This document shows positions 9,055 to 18,917 of a stretch of 64,000 nt of DNA, one piece after another. Source of the DNA: Candidatus Latescibacterota bacterium (GTDB lineage Bacteria > Latescibacterota > UBA2968); contig OZ242311.1 in the NCBI GenBank assembly GCA_965207885.1, forward strand, positions 1,632,001-1,696,000, in the 5' to 3' direction. The translations under genes and the position numbers were made by a program. Within the stretch, counting starts at the first letter, position 1. Every line of letters begins with the position of its first letter. The notes beneath the pieces are model-generated. The model was not told the DNA's origin and did no database searches. It worked only from the letters and a program-made list of their open reading frames with translations.

Positions 9055-10428
9055 ATGAAACACATCCGCATTATAGTTGTTATAGCCCTCGCCGCAGGAC
9101 TGATGTGGAACTGCGGTGGTGAGCGCGTCACGCAGTCAGAGACCGGGACAGACGAACAAATTGGACGTCCCCTGAGCAAATTGGTAGCGCACGGAGATGC
9201 CGTACAGGCTATAGTAAGAGCCACTGTGCACCGTGATGGCGCACCAGTAAGCGGTGCAACTTTAGAATTTTCGCGTTCTATTGCCGGACAGACGCCAGCC
9301 TATGAGTGGTCAGGCACAACCGATAAAAAAGGTCAGACACTGGTGGAAATCGCATCGGGCAATGGTTATTACCAGGCGCGTGCTTCGCAGGACGGAGTCG
9401 AGATCGGCTCCTGGTCCAGCATACCAATTAACGCAGGCTATAAGGTCATACTCTATTTACCCGTTGGTGGAAAAGCACAGGTGAAAGGTTCATACTCTCT
9501 GGAAGAGCCAACAAAACAGATCACAGCCAGAGATGTAGTAGATAAGAAAACCCTGAAAGCCTTTGTAGAAGCCGCAAAAGAATACGCGAAAAACTTTCCC
9601 CTTTCCGAGGACATCGAAGCAGAATTCAGACAAGAGGGTGGAAGGTGGAAACACGAAGCCATCTACCTCGTAATTGGAAATAGTGACGGCGTCATATTAT
9701 TTCACGCAGCCAATCCAGCCCTCGAAGGGCAAAACGTGTTTCACCTTGAAGACCCCAATGGTGTCAAATATACTCAGGAACTCATCGCCGCATCTGCTGC
9801 AGGTGGTGGTTTTGTCGAGTATTACTTCGATAACCCGACGATAGACGAGAATGGAGATGGCGAATTAGTAGGCGATCCCATTGGCTCACCCAAAATAAGT
9901 TACGCCATCCCATTCATAGACTCTGTGACTGGCATGGAACTAACCATGCTCTCTGGCTTTTATCCAGTCACGGCTCGTACTGTGATAGATAAAGAAACCC
10001 TGAAATCATTTGTCGGAGCCGCAAAAGAATACGCGAAAAGCTTCCCCTTTTCCGAAGACATCGCAGAAGAATTCAGACAAGAGGGCGGCAGGTGGAAACA
10101 CGAAGCCATCTACCTCGCAGTTTTAAACAGCGAGGGCGTCATAGTGTATCACGCAGCCAATGCAGATCTCGAGGGACAAAACCTGATTAACTTTGAAGAT
10201 CCCAATGGCGTCAAATACGTCCAGGAACTCATCGCTGCAGCCGCAGCAGGTGGCGGTTTTGTCGCGTATTATTTCGATAATCCGGCGGTAGATGAGAATG
10301 GTGATGGCGAATTAACCGGAGATCCCATTGGCTCGCCCAAGATCAGTTATGCCATCCCAATCACTGACTCACAAACCGGCAGGGAATTAACCTTCCTCTC
10401 GGGCTTTTATCCGCAGGTGAAAGAATGA
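9055..10428 (+). CDS. Lipoprotein with a beta-sandwich domain and two tandem Cache domains
   Basis: GGAGG RBS; LMWNC lipobox; two ~149-aa repeats with W.H..IYL, FHAANP.LEGQN...LEDPNGVKY.QELI, GGFV.YYFDNP, PKISYA. Confidence 0.8.
   Translation: MKHIRIIVVIALAAGLMWNCGGERVTQSETGTDEQIGRPLSKLVAHGDAVQAIVRATVHRDGAPVSGATLEFSRSIAGQTPAYEWSGTTDKKGQTLVEIASGNGYYQARASQDGVEIGSWSSIPINAGYKVILYLPVGGKAQVKGSYSLEEPTKQITARDVVDKKTLKAFVEAAKEYAKNFPLSEDIEAEFRQEGGRWKHEAIYLVIGNSDGVILFHAANPALEGQNVFHLEDPNGVKYTQELIAASAAGGGFVEYYFDNPTIDENGDGELVGDPIGSPKISYAIPFIDSVTGMELTMLSGFYPVTARTVIDKETLKSFVGAAKEYAKSFPFSEDIAEEFRQEGGRWKHEAIYLAVLNSEGVIVYHAANADLEGQNLINFEDPNGVKYVQELIAAAAAGGGFVAYYFDNPAVDENGDGELTGDPIGSPKISYAIPITDSQTGRELTFLSGFYPQVKE
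9521..10414 (+). repeat. Intragenic tandem duplication, period ~447 nt
   Basis: Copies begin at ~9521 and ~9968 and share long identical stretches such as GCCGCAAAAGAATACGCGAAAA and AGGTGGAAACACGAAGCCATCTACCTCG. Confidence 0.9.
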
Positions 10429-10435
10429 GAAGGGT

Positions 10436-11896
10436 ATGAAAAAAAGATCAGACACAAAACAAGAACTTTCAGACGAGGCGGATAACAGCCTCCATATGGC
10501 TCCCGAACTCATGCTTGAACTCGCGCGCAAAGCCGCGGAGCTTTTAGTAGCACGAACCGAGACCTTGCCAGGGGAAAATGCCTGGGACGGAGAGTTCCGG
10601 CAAGGACTGGAGAAACAACTCCTGAAGGATCCGCCCGAAACTGGGCGGCCCCCAGTGGAAGTCATTGAGCAGGCCGCACGCGAGATCCTCCCAATTGCGA
10701 TGCGACTGGACCACCCACGTTGCTTCGCGTTTATGCCGTCGTCACCCACCTGGCCCGGTGTGCTGGCCGATTTCATGGCCGCCGGATACAACGTCAACGC
10801 ATGCACCTGGCTGGTCGGGAGCGGCCCGAGTCAACTCGAACTGGTCGTTATTGATTGGTTGCGGCAGTGGGTCGGCTATCCAGAAAGCGCGGGTGGACTT
10901 TTCACAAGCGGAGGCTCCGCAGCCAGCCTCGACGCCTTTGTCGCAGCGAGAGAAGCGGTGGGCCACCCTGAACGCGCCACTGTTTATATGAGCGACCAGA
11001 GCCATAGCGCGCACATCCGCGCAGCCAGGATCATCGGCATTCGCACAGAGTGCATACGCCTGATACCGAGCGACGACCTCTTCCGCCTGGACATGGAAGC
11101 ACTCGCACAGACTGTAGCCGATGACCGCGCAGCGGGATTCACCCCCATTGCGGTATGCGCCAACGCAGGAACGAGCAGTACCGGGACTATCGATCCGATC
11201 GAAACCATGGCAGACTACTGCGAGGCAGAGGGTATATGGCTACACATTGACGCTGCATACGGCGGCTTCGCTGTCGTAACTGAGCAAGGCAAGGAACTCC
11301 TGCGCGGAATCGAACGGGCAGATTCCATCGGGCTGGATGCGCACAAATGGTTCTTCCAACCTTATGAGGCTGGTTGCCTGCTGGTGAAGGACCTGAGTAC
11401 GCTTGAAAACGCCTTCGGCGTTCATCACGATATTCTCCAGGACACAATATGGGGTGCGAACCACCCGAACTTCTCGGATCGCGGCCTGCAACTGAGCCGT
11501 TCGGTACGCGCTCTTAAGGTCTGGATGTCAGTCCAAACCTTCGGAATGGACGCATTCCGGGGGGCTGTAGCAAAGGGAATGGAACTGGCTGCCCGCGCCG
11601 AGGCATACGTCCGTGAAAGTCAAACCCTGGAAATGTTAAACCCCGCATCGCTGGGGATCGTATGCTTCCACGTCAACCCCGCTGACACAGCTGTTGACGA
11701 GGAAGAACTCGCAGAGATCAACAAGACAATACTCGCCCGCATCTTTTGGGAAGACAAAGCCTTTATATCCTCGACGCTTCTGCATGGAAAGTTTTCACTC
11801 CGGCTGTGCATCGCCAACCACAACACGACATGGGACGATGTGCGCGAGACCCTTGAGGCTGCCGAGCGATTTGGGCAAGAGGCGTTAGCCTATTAA
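10436..11896 (+). CDS. Group II PLP-dependent (aromatic amino acid-type) decarboxylase
   Basis: HPRCFAF, GLFTSGGS, SDQSHS, AGTSSTG, WLHIDAAYGG, LDAHKW (PLP lysine), ALKVW. Confidence 0.92.
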   Translation: MKKRSDTKQELSDEADNSLHMAPELMLELARKAAELLVARTETLPGENAWDGEFRQGLEKQLLKDPPETGRPPVEVIEQAAREILPIAMRLDHPRCFAFMPSSPTWPGVLADFMAAGYNVNACTWLVGSGPSQLELVVIDWLRQWVGYPESAGGLFTSGGSAASLDAFVAAREAVGHPERATVYMSDQSHSAHIRAARIIGIRTECIRLIPSDDLFRLDMEALAQTVADDRAAGFTPIAVCANAGTSSTGTIDPIETMADYCEAEGIWLHIDAAYGGFAVVTEQGKELLRGIERADSIGLDAHKWFFQPYEAGCLLVKDLSTLENAFGVHHDILQDTIWGANHPNFSDRGLQLSRSVRALKVWMSVQTFGMDAFRGAVAKGMELAARAEAYVRESQTLEMLNPASLGIVCFHVNPADTAVDEEELAEINKTILARIFWEDKAFISSTLLHGKFSLRLCIANHNTTWDDVRETLEAAERFGQEALAY

Positions 11897-11931
11897 AAAA
11901 AAGCCGCGAGCATAAACTCGCGGCTTTTTTT
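11895..11931. terminator. Bidirectional intrinsic terminator
   Basis: A8-GCCGCGAG-CATAAA-CTCGCGGC-T7 between convergent genes. Confidence 0.9.
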
Positions 11932-11945
11932 ATACATACCCGGAC

Positions 11946-14762
11946 TCAATCACCCACGCGCTGCAACCCCGGTCCCTCTTCGTAATAATAACTCCCCGGA
12001 AAGAACGTTTCATTATCGGGCATCGACTCAACCAACCGCACCTCTGCCGCACACACCTTGTACTCGGCAGTCCCCGTCACCGCATCGCCCACATCATTGG
12101 TCAGCACATTGGCGCGTGCCTCGGCAAAATGCAATGGCATCCAGATACATCCCGGACGCACTTGCCGCGACAAAATAGCCCGCAACTGCACACTCCCGCG
12201 CCGCGTCGTCACCTCCACCATATCCCCGTGGTGAACACCCCGCTTCCGCGCATCGCTCGGATGCAACTCTACAAAAGCCTCGGACTGTTTCGCATCAAGC
12301 CCGGACTCTCGGCGCGTCTGGGTTGCGGCATTGTAGTGATACAGCGTGCGTCCCGTAGAAAGAAAAAGACCGTAATCTTCATCTGGCAATTCCGCCGGTG
12401 GGATATAATGCACGGGCATAAACAATCCCTTACCGCGCAAAATGCCATCTTCGTGTAAAAATTTTGTACCCGGATGATCCGCATCGGGGCACGGCCACTG
12501 TAAGCCCGCTATGCTCTCTTCACCTGCTACGCGATCTATCTTTTCCAATTTCTCGTGACTGATACCGGCAAATTGGGGAACGTCTTTAACCATCTCGGCA
12601 TAAACTTCCGCTGGATCTTTATACGACCAATTCGCGCCCATCTTATTCGCCAGCATAACCAGAATCTCCCAATCTGGAAGCGCTTCCCCAGGAGGTTCAA
12701 CTGCTTTGCGAACCCTCTGAATGCGGCGCTCTGAATTGGTAAACGTCCCCTCCTTCTCGGCAAACACAGCTGCGGGCAAAATCACATCGGCAAAACGCGC
12801 CGTCTCATTCATAAACGCATCCTGCATCACGATAAAATCGACATTATTCAATCCCTTTTCCAACTCGAGAACATTGGGTTCGGACAACACAATATCTTCA
12901 CCCATCACAAAAAAGCCGCGCATCTGTTCCCCCACCGTCTTCATCATCTCATTGAGATTCAGACCCGGCACAGGGGACAGCGGAACACCCCAGGACTTTT
13001 CGTATTTTGCCCGCACTTCTGGATCATCCACACGCTGATAACCCGGATAAAACATCGGCGTAGCACCCGCGTCATTCGCACCCTGCACATTATTCTGTCC
13101 GCGCAGTGGATTCATCCCGGTCGATGGCTTGCCCAGATGCCCCGTCATCAAAACCAGATTTGCAAGCGCATACACATTATCCGTACCGTGTGCGTGTTCC
13201 GTAATGCCCAGGGTATAGTATATACCCGCTTTTTCTGTCGTAGCATACTGCCGCGCAGTCCAGCGAATATCATCTGCTGAAATACCCGTTATCTCTTCAG
13301 CCTTTTCGGGTGTATAAGACGCGACAGCCTCTTTGACCTGCTCAAAATTTTCAGTCTGATTTTCGATAAATTCGCGATCGATCAAATCCTCTGCCACAAT
13401 CACATGCGCCATGGCATTGAGCAACCACACATCTGTACCGGGATTGAGTTGCAAATGCTTTTCCGCAATAGACGTCATCCATATCGCCCGGGGATCGGCG
13501 ACAACCAAGGTCGCGCCTTTGCGAATCGCGCGCTTCATTTCCATAGCGATAATCGGATGTGCCTCGCTCGTATTGCTGCCAATCACAAACAGAAAATCAA
13601 CATCGCGTATCTCGCCAATTGAATTCGTCATAGCACCCGCACCAAATGTTTCGACCAGACCGGCCACAGTTGGCGCGTGTCACGTGGCCGCACACTGATG
13701 GACGTGATTTGCCCGAAACAGCGCGCGCGCCATTTTCTGAACGAGAAAATTTTCCTCCATCGTACACCGCGACGAACTCACAAAACCCAGGGCATCTGCG
13801 CCGTGTCGCTCTGCAACGCCCAACAATCCTTCCGCTGCTCTTTCGAGCGCATCGTCCCAGGTAGTTGGATACAATACACCATCCTCACCGCGCACAAGCG
13901 GCTCAGTCAACCGATCTTTGTGGTGCACAAAGTCATAGGCAAAGCGTCCCTTGACACACAAATTGCCGTCATTGGTCGTCGTGCCCGGCGGTGGACTCGT
14001 CACCTTTACAATCTGCCCCTTGCCATCGCGACCTCCTGGATCCACATTGAGGTCGAACTGACAACCCACCCCACAAAAGTTGCAAGTTGACCGAACCTTT
14101 ACCAATTCACGCTCGGGTTTTTGCCCGCGCATCAGTGGCAATTTTTCATTCATAGCACCAGTTGGACACACATCGATACATCCACCGCACAACTCGCACG
14201 TCGTATCCAGCAGAGATTTTTCTTCCACCGTAGAAATCGTCGTATGTGACCCTCTACCCGCAAGAGTAATAGCCGAAACACCTTCTATTTCCTCGCAATA
14301 GCGCACGCATCGCGCACACGCAATACAGGTATCGGGATTAAAATCCACATAGGGATTGCGATCCTCCCTATCTCCTCGCATCGGCTCCATCCATCCCCAA
14401 TCCATTGGCGCATCGAACTCGGCAGCCATATCCAGCAATAAATCCGGCGAACCGACTTCCGATACTTCCCGCTCGTGCGGATGATCGGTCATGTACAAAG
14501 CCATCAGAGTTTGGCGGTGCCGATCAATACGCTCATTCTCGGTCGTCACCACCATCCCGTCTTGTGCGATGCGCGCACAGGCCGGCGTCATCAACCGCTC
14601 GCCATCAACTTCCACAAGACAAGAGCGACACGCACCCGCGGGTTCTAAACGCGGATCGTGACACAGGGTCGGAATTTCCAATCCCTGACGAGATGTAATG
14701 TCCAGCAGGGTCTCGCCTTCGGCAAAGCATATCGTCTGTCCGTTCAATATCAATTTATTCAT
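11946..14762 (-). CDS. fdhF: Selenocysteine-containing formate dehydrogenase alpha subunit (Mo/W-bisPGD, N-terminal 2Fe-2S and 4Fe-4S domains); in-frame UGA at 13680-13682
   Basis: ORFs 13680-14792 and 11946-13667 are in the same frame and read HQCAAT-TGA-HAPTVAG at the Mo-ligand position; CNFCGVGC, LCVKGRF, PLRGQNNVQG, EKEGTFTNSERR. Confidence 0.92.
13638..13679 (-). promoter_or_regulatory. Bacterial SECIS element
   Basis: Directly after UGA: CGCGCCAA...UUGGUGCG lower stem and GGCC-GGUCU-GGUC apical hairpin, resembling the E. coli fdhF SECIS loop. Confidence 0.75.
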
Positions 14763-16344
14763 CAAACTCCTCGGGGAAGAATTTTTGGGCACTCGTCAGG
14801 GGGAGAGAAGCGATTTGCCCAAGACCACATATCGAACCCTCATTCATTTGCCACGCCACGTCTGCTGCGTGTTGCAAGTGAGGGTTGTGGTCCTGTTCCC
14901 GATTGCAAATGCGATTTTCCAGTGCCTCATGTAAATACCGCGTGCCAATGCGACAGGGGGCGCATTGCCCGCAGCTTTCATCGTGAAAAAATCTCAACTG
15001 TTGACTGACTGACCATTTTATATCCACCGTGTCGTTCAACACAACAACACCGGCCGAGCCGAGCAGCGAACCCAACCCATCCATTGTCTTAAAATCCAAT
15101 GATTGATCCCTGTATTTAGCCGGCAAAAAGCCCGAACTCGCACCCCCGGGACTAAACGCTTTCGGAGTACCAATATATCCGCCGGCCTCTTCGACCAACT
15201 CATCTAAAGTCACACCGAGCGGCAACTCATAGACACCGGGGCGTTTGACATGCCCGCTAATACAATACACTTTTGACCCCGCCTCTGTGCGCCCCAAATT
15301 GAGAAACCAATCGCCGCCTCTTGAAATAATCGAAGGCACGCACGCAATAGTTTCCACATTGTGAATAAGTGTGGGTTTTCCCCACAGACCGTATTCTGTG
15401 GGATAGGGTGGGCGCAAACGCGGCATTCCGCGCTTGCCTTCCAATGCCTCTAAAAGTGCCGTCTCCTCGCCGCAAATATACGCACCTTGCCCCGAGTGCA
15501 TGTGAAAACGGATATCGGGAAATATATTATATGATTCAAACTCTGCAATTGCTTTTGTCATCACAGCCTTTGGAAATGCGAACTCGCCCCGCAAGTACAA
15601 ATAAACATCTCTCGCCCCGATTGTATAAGCCGCAATCGCCAATCCTTCAACAACCAGATCGGGACGCCGCATCAAAATCTCGCGGTCTTTAAATGTACCT
15701 GGCTCGCTCTCATCGCCATTTAAAACCACATAACGCGTGGTCTCTTTTTCTGAACACACAGCATTCCACTTAAAAGACGCGGAAAAACCCGCGCCACCGC
15801 GCCCCTGCAACCCCGACATCTCTATTTCTTCGATAATTTCTTCGGGACGCATCTTCGCGGCCTTAGCAAACGCTTTCCCCGACCAATCGGCCTGCCCCAA
15901 CAAATTGATCGCCATAGTATCTGGATCATCCACCTCTGGTCCCACATGTCCCAAGTTGCCACTGGACACTATCTCTGGCAGGAGCCGCGTCCAATCGCCA
16001 TCTGCCCGCACCACATCCTCGACCGATACAGCGGGCAACACATCGCGGTCTCGCAACACCGCAGGCGGACGATCACAAGCTGCCAGACACGAACACCCCA
16101 TCGCGGGCAGGTCCGCATCTACCATCGCCTGCAGCACCTGATCTGCACCCGCCATGCGACACGACAAACCCGTACATACCCGCACTTTTTTATCCGTATC
16201 AGTCAACAAATCAAAAAAACTACCCACGCCATAGACCTGCGCTTCGGGAACGCCAGTTTGTTGCGACACCTCCCGCGACACGCCTGAATTTAACCCGCCT
16301 TCAATCTGAAGCAGATCGGGCACATCGGCCTGTTTTTTATTCAC
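14755..16344 (-). CDS. NuoE-NuoF fusion, NAD(H)/FMN-binding diaphorase subunit of the FDH
   Basis: N-terminal CTGLSC...CLAAC (2Fe-2S); GRGGAGF, NGDESEPGTFKD, GAYICGEETAL, ESCGQCAPCR...ICGLG; GTG start after GAGG. Confidence 0.9.
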   Translation of the reverse strand: MNKKQADVPDLLQIEGGLNSGVSREVSQQTGVPEAQVYGVGSFFDLLTDTDKKVRVCTGLSCRMAGADQVLQAMVDADLPAMGCSCLAACDRPPAVLRDRDVLPAVSVEDVVRADGDWTRLLPEIVSSGNLGHVGPEVDDPDTMAINLLGQADWSGKAFAKAAKMRPEEIIEEIEMSGLQGRGGAGFSASFKWNAVCSEKETTRYVVLNGDESEPGTFKDREILMRRPDLVVEGLAIAAYTIGARDVYLYLRGEFAFPKAVMTKAIAEFESYNIFPDIRFHMHSGQGAYICGEETALLEALEGKRGMPRLRPPYPTEYGLWGKPTLIHNVETIACVPSIISRGGDWFLNLGRTEAGSKVYCISGHVKRPGVYELPLGVTLDELVEEAGGYIGTPKAFSPGGASSGFLPAKYRDQSLDFKTMDGLGSLLGSAGVVVLNDTVDIKWSVSQQLRFFHDESCGQCAPCRIGTRYLHEALENRICNREQDHNPHLQHAADVAWQMNEGSICGLGQIASLPLTSAQKFFPEEFDE

Positions 16345-16358
16345 ACCAAACCTCGCTT

Positions 16359-18296
16359 TTATTGCCGTGCAAACACCTGAACGCCCCACACCATGCCCCT
16401 ATCTTTTGCCACAGCTACTCCCACATGTGTCCAGTGTCTCGCCAATATATTTGAACGATGGCCCGCACTTAACATCCAACTTGCCTGCATCGTTTCGACA
16501 AAATATCCGTTTGCCACATTTTCGCTCACCTGAGAAAAAGGCAAGCGTCGGGTGGTTACATGCCACATCACATCCAATCCCGATAAAGAAAAGTGGGATA
16601 CCTCACCCAAAGCCAGCATTTCCTCGAGGCGGATGCGCGCCACATGCATCAAATTGGGATGTGGAAGTACAGCCTGACGACCGATCCGCCTTCGCGCCGC
16701 ATTAATTTCATCAATCAAAAATTGTTCAGCCGCCTCATCGCCCGGATAAGGGACTATTGTCAAAACCTCGTCTTCTAACTTCTCGGGATTGCCAACAACC
16801 ACCGCCTGATGAGAAACCGTAAAGGTGCGTGCCTTGGGCAGGACAACCTGAACCTGTACGCGACAATGTCCCACCTCCCCAAACCGAAACCGCGCCTGAA
16901 ACCGCCGCCCCTGCCTTCGCACAGCCCCTTTGATCACACTGCCATCGGGCGCGAGAAAGGCCGCGATAGATATATCTTCCACCTCGCTGTGTAACTGTCC
17001 TGAAACCGTCAGTTCTTCACCTGCGGCAACCGAGTCTGGAAGCGAATTGACCACCGCGAGATCTGTTCGCAACGGACCGGGATAACTGTATGCTACTGGC
17101 ATCCGCACTTCTTTTCGACCATCGGGCCACGAGGTGATCTTTTGTCCAAAGCGATTACGCTCGATCTCTCGCCCATCGGGAAATGTCTCCCGACTTGAAC
17201 CATCCACCCCTTTCACAATCCTATACCCATCGGGCTGAATGGCAGGCTCATTTTCCTCTTTTTTGCGGGTTACTATAGTGCCATCGGGTATTACCTCTGC
17301 CGAAATCTTCGTCACCCTTTCCGAAGTGCGTTGCTCCATCGCGCGGCCAGCTACACCATTGCGAACCACCGACTCATCTGTCAAACGAGACACCTGCTGT
17401 TCATAGCCAGATACAACCCGTCCATCGGGAAATCGGGTTTCTTTCTTCACGCCCCCGGGCAATATCACCTCCACCCGCCCATCGGGATACTGCCAGCGCT
17501 GTCGCCCGTTGGGAAAAGTCGTCCACACACGCCCGTCCTCAAAGCGACGCCGGCGCAATCCACTACCCGGGAAGGATGCACTCCTGGGCGTTAGCAAAAT
17601 CCCCAGCAACACGCGCCAATAACCCGTGTCCGGAAGTTGTAACCCTCCAGGGCGCACATAATCCAACTGCGTTCTGGTGCGTGTATGGATGGCGTGTGCA
17701 TCTTCCAGAGCCTCCAAACTATCAATCACATCTCCCGAAAAACCCTTCAGGCGACTGTATTCATCGGGGTGCAAATGAACGTATAAGTAATGAAAAGCCC
17801 ACACAGCCTTTGCGGTATCAACCATCTCGTAAACTTTTCCGCGACCAAGTAACAACGCGACCAGCACGCCGCGCTCTGTCCACCCAGACACCAGGGCACC
17901 CGTGGGAATTTTGAGAATCCGATTCTCGTGCACCAATCGTACATCGCGCAAAACGTGAACCGTATCCAATCGCACGTCATAAACACGAGTTGGCACTTTA
18001 ATCTCATCACCGGGCAAAACTTCTGGATGCTCCGACAGGGGAATCGTCACACTTTTGATTATCTCTTTGCCAGAAGAGTCAACCAAACCTCGAACCAGAT
18101 ATGCACTATCGAGAAGCGCTTCTTCCGTCAGGCCACCGGCACCTTCGAGATAACTATTCGCCGATTTGTCGGGCTGATATACATAAGTACCCGGCTTTGC
18201 AACCGCACCCGAAACTGTCACCTGTTCACCAGGCTGACACCCCGCAAAAATCGGGACCAGAACCAGCGTGTGAATAATCAAATGGCTTTTAGACAA
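16359..18296 (-). CDS. Lipoprotein with SLBB domain, PDG beta-hairpin repeats and C-terminal CAP/SCP domain
   Basis: IFAGC lipobox; VTVSGAVAKPGTY...AGG; repeated (F/Y/W)PDGR; IN.AR...H...SENVA...WMLSAGHRSNIL...HVGVAV. Confidence 0.75.
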   Translation of the reverse strand: MSKSHLIIHTLVLVPIFAGCQPGEQVTVSGAVAKPGTYVYQPDKSANSYLEGAGGLTEEALLDSAYLVRGLVDSSGKEIIKSVTIPLSEHPEVLPGDEIKVPTRVYDVRLDTVHVLRDVRLVHENRILKIPTGALVSGWTERGVLVALLLGRGKVYEMVDTAKAVWAFHYLYVHLHPDEYSRLKGFSGDVIDSLEALEDAHAIHTRTRTQLDYVRPGGLQLPDTGYWRVLLGILLTPRSASFPGSGLRRRRFEDGRVWTTFPNGRQRWQYPDGRVEVILPGGVKKETRFPDGRVVSGYEQQVSRLTDESVVRNGVAGRAMEQRTSERVTKISAEVIPDGTIVTRKKEENEPAIQPDGYRIVKGVDGSSRETFPDGREIERNRFGQKITSWPDGRKEVRMPVAYSYPGPLRTDLAVVNSLPDSVAAGEELTVSGQLHSEVEDISIAAFLAPDGSVIKGAVRRQGRRFQARFRFGEVGHCRVQVQVVLPKARTFTVSHQAVVVGNPEKLEDEVLTIVPYPGDEAAEQFLIDEINAARRRIGRQAVLPHPNLMHVARIRLEEMLALGEVSHFSLSGLDVMWHVTTRRLPFSQVSENVANGYFVETMQASWMLSAGHRSNILARHWTHVGVAVAKDRGMVWGVQVFARQ

Positions 18297-18304
18297 AACC
18301 GTAC

Positions 18305-18916
18305 CTATAATTGATCTATTAGTCTTTGGGTCGCCTCAGTGGGATCGGGTTGACAACACACGGCTGAAATCACCGCAATGCCATGCGCTCCTGCGCGCAT
18401 CACCTCGTCGGCATTCTCTATTCCAATACCCCCAATGGCAACAATTGGAACACTGACTCCATCGACCATCTCGCGCAACTCCCCCAGCCCCTTCACCATG
18501 CCCGCATCGGCCTTTGAACCCGTTGCATAAATCGGTCCAAAACCGATGTAATCCGCACCTTCGGCAATGCACTGCTGCGCCTGTAAAAGTGTCTTTGCCG
18601 TACCGCCAATCACAGCATCTTCACCGAGCAAATCGCGTGCCTTTTCAATGGGAAAATCATCTTGTCCCAAATGCACTCCATCTGCCTCTGCAGCAATCGC
18701 CACATCAACCCGGTCATTCACAATCAAAGGCACATCACCACACGCATTCTTCACAGCAATAGCCGTCTCAATCAACGCGCGCGTCGAACCCTCTTTCTGT
18801 CGAAACTGAATGGTATCCGCTCCCCCAGCAACAGCCATTTGTGTCAGCGCACTGTGTGAAAAGCGGTCTTGCAAAACAACATCGGTTATGACGTGCAGCT
18901 TGCCAATTTTTTTCAT
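18305..18916 (-). CDS. thiE: Thiamine-phosphate synthase
   Basis: IQFRQK, LIVNDRVD, GVHLGQDD, GPIYATGSK, AIGGI. Confidence 0.95.
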   Translation of the reverse strand: MKKIGKLHVITDVVLQDRFSHSALTQMAVAGGADTIQFRQKEGSTRALIETAIAVKNACGDVPLIVNDRVDVAIAAEADGVHLGQDDFPIEKARDLLGEDAVIGGTAKTLLQAQQCIAEGADYIGFGPIYATGSKADAGMVKGLGELREMVDGVSVPIVAIGGIGIENADEVMRAGAHGIAVISAVCCQPDPTEATQRLIDQL

Positions 18917-18917
18917 G

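Noticed and set aside
13680-13682. fdh as a pseudogene with a premature stop
   Set aside because: The TGA is at the conserved Mo-ligand Cys/Sec position, in frame, and followed by a SECIS-like hairpin
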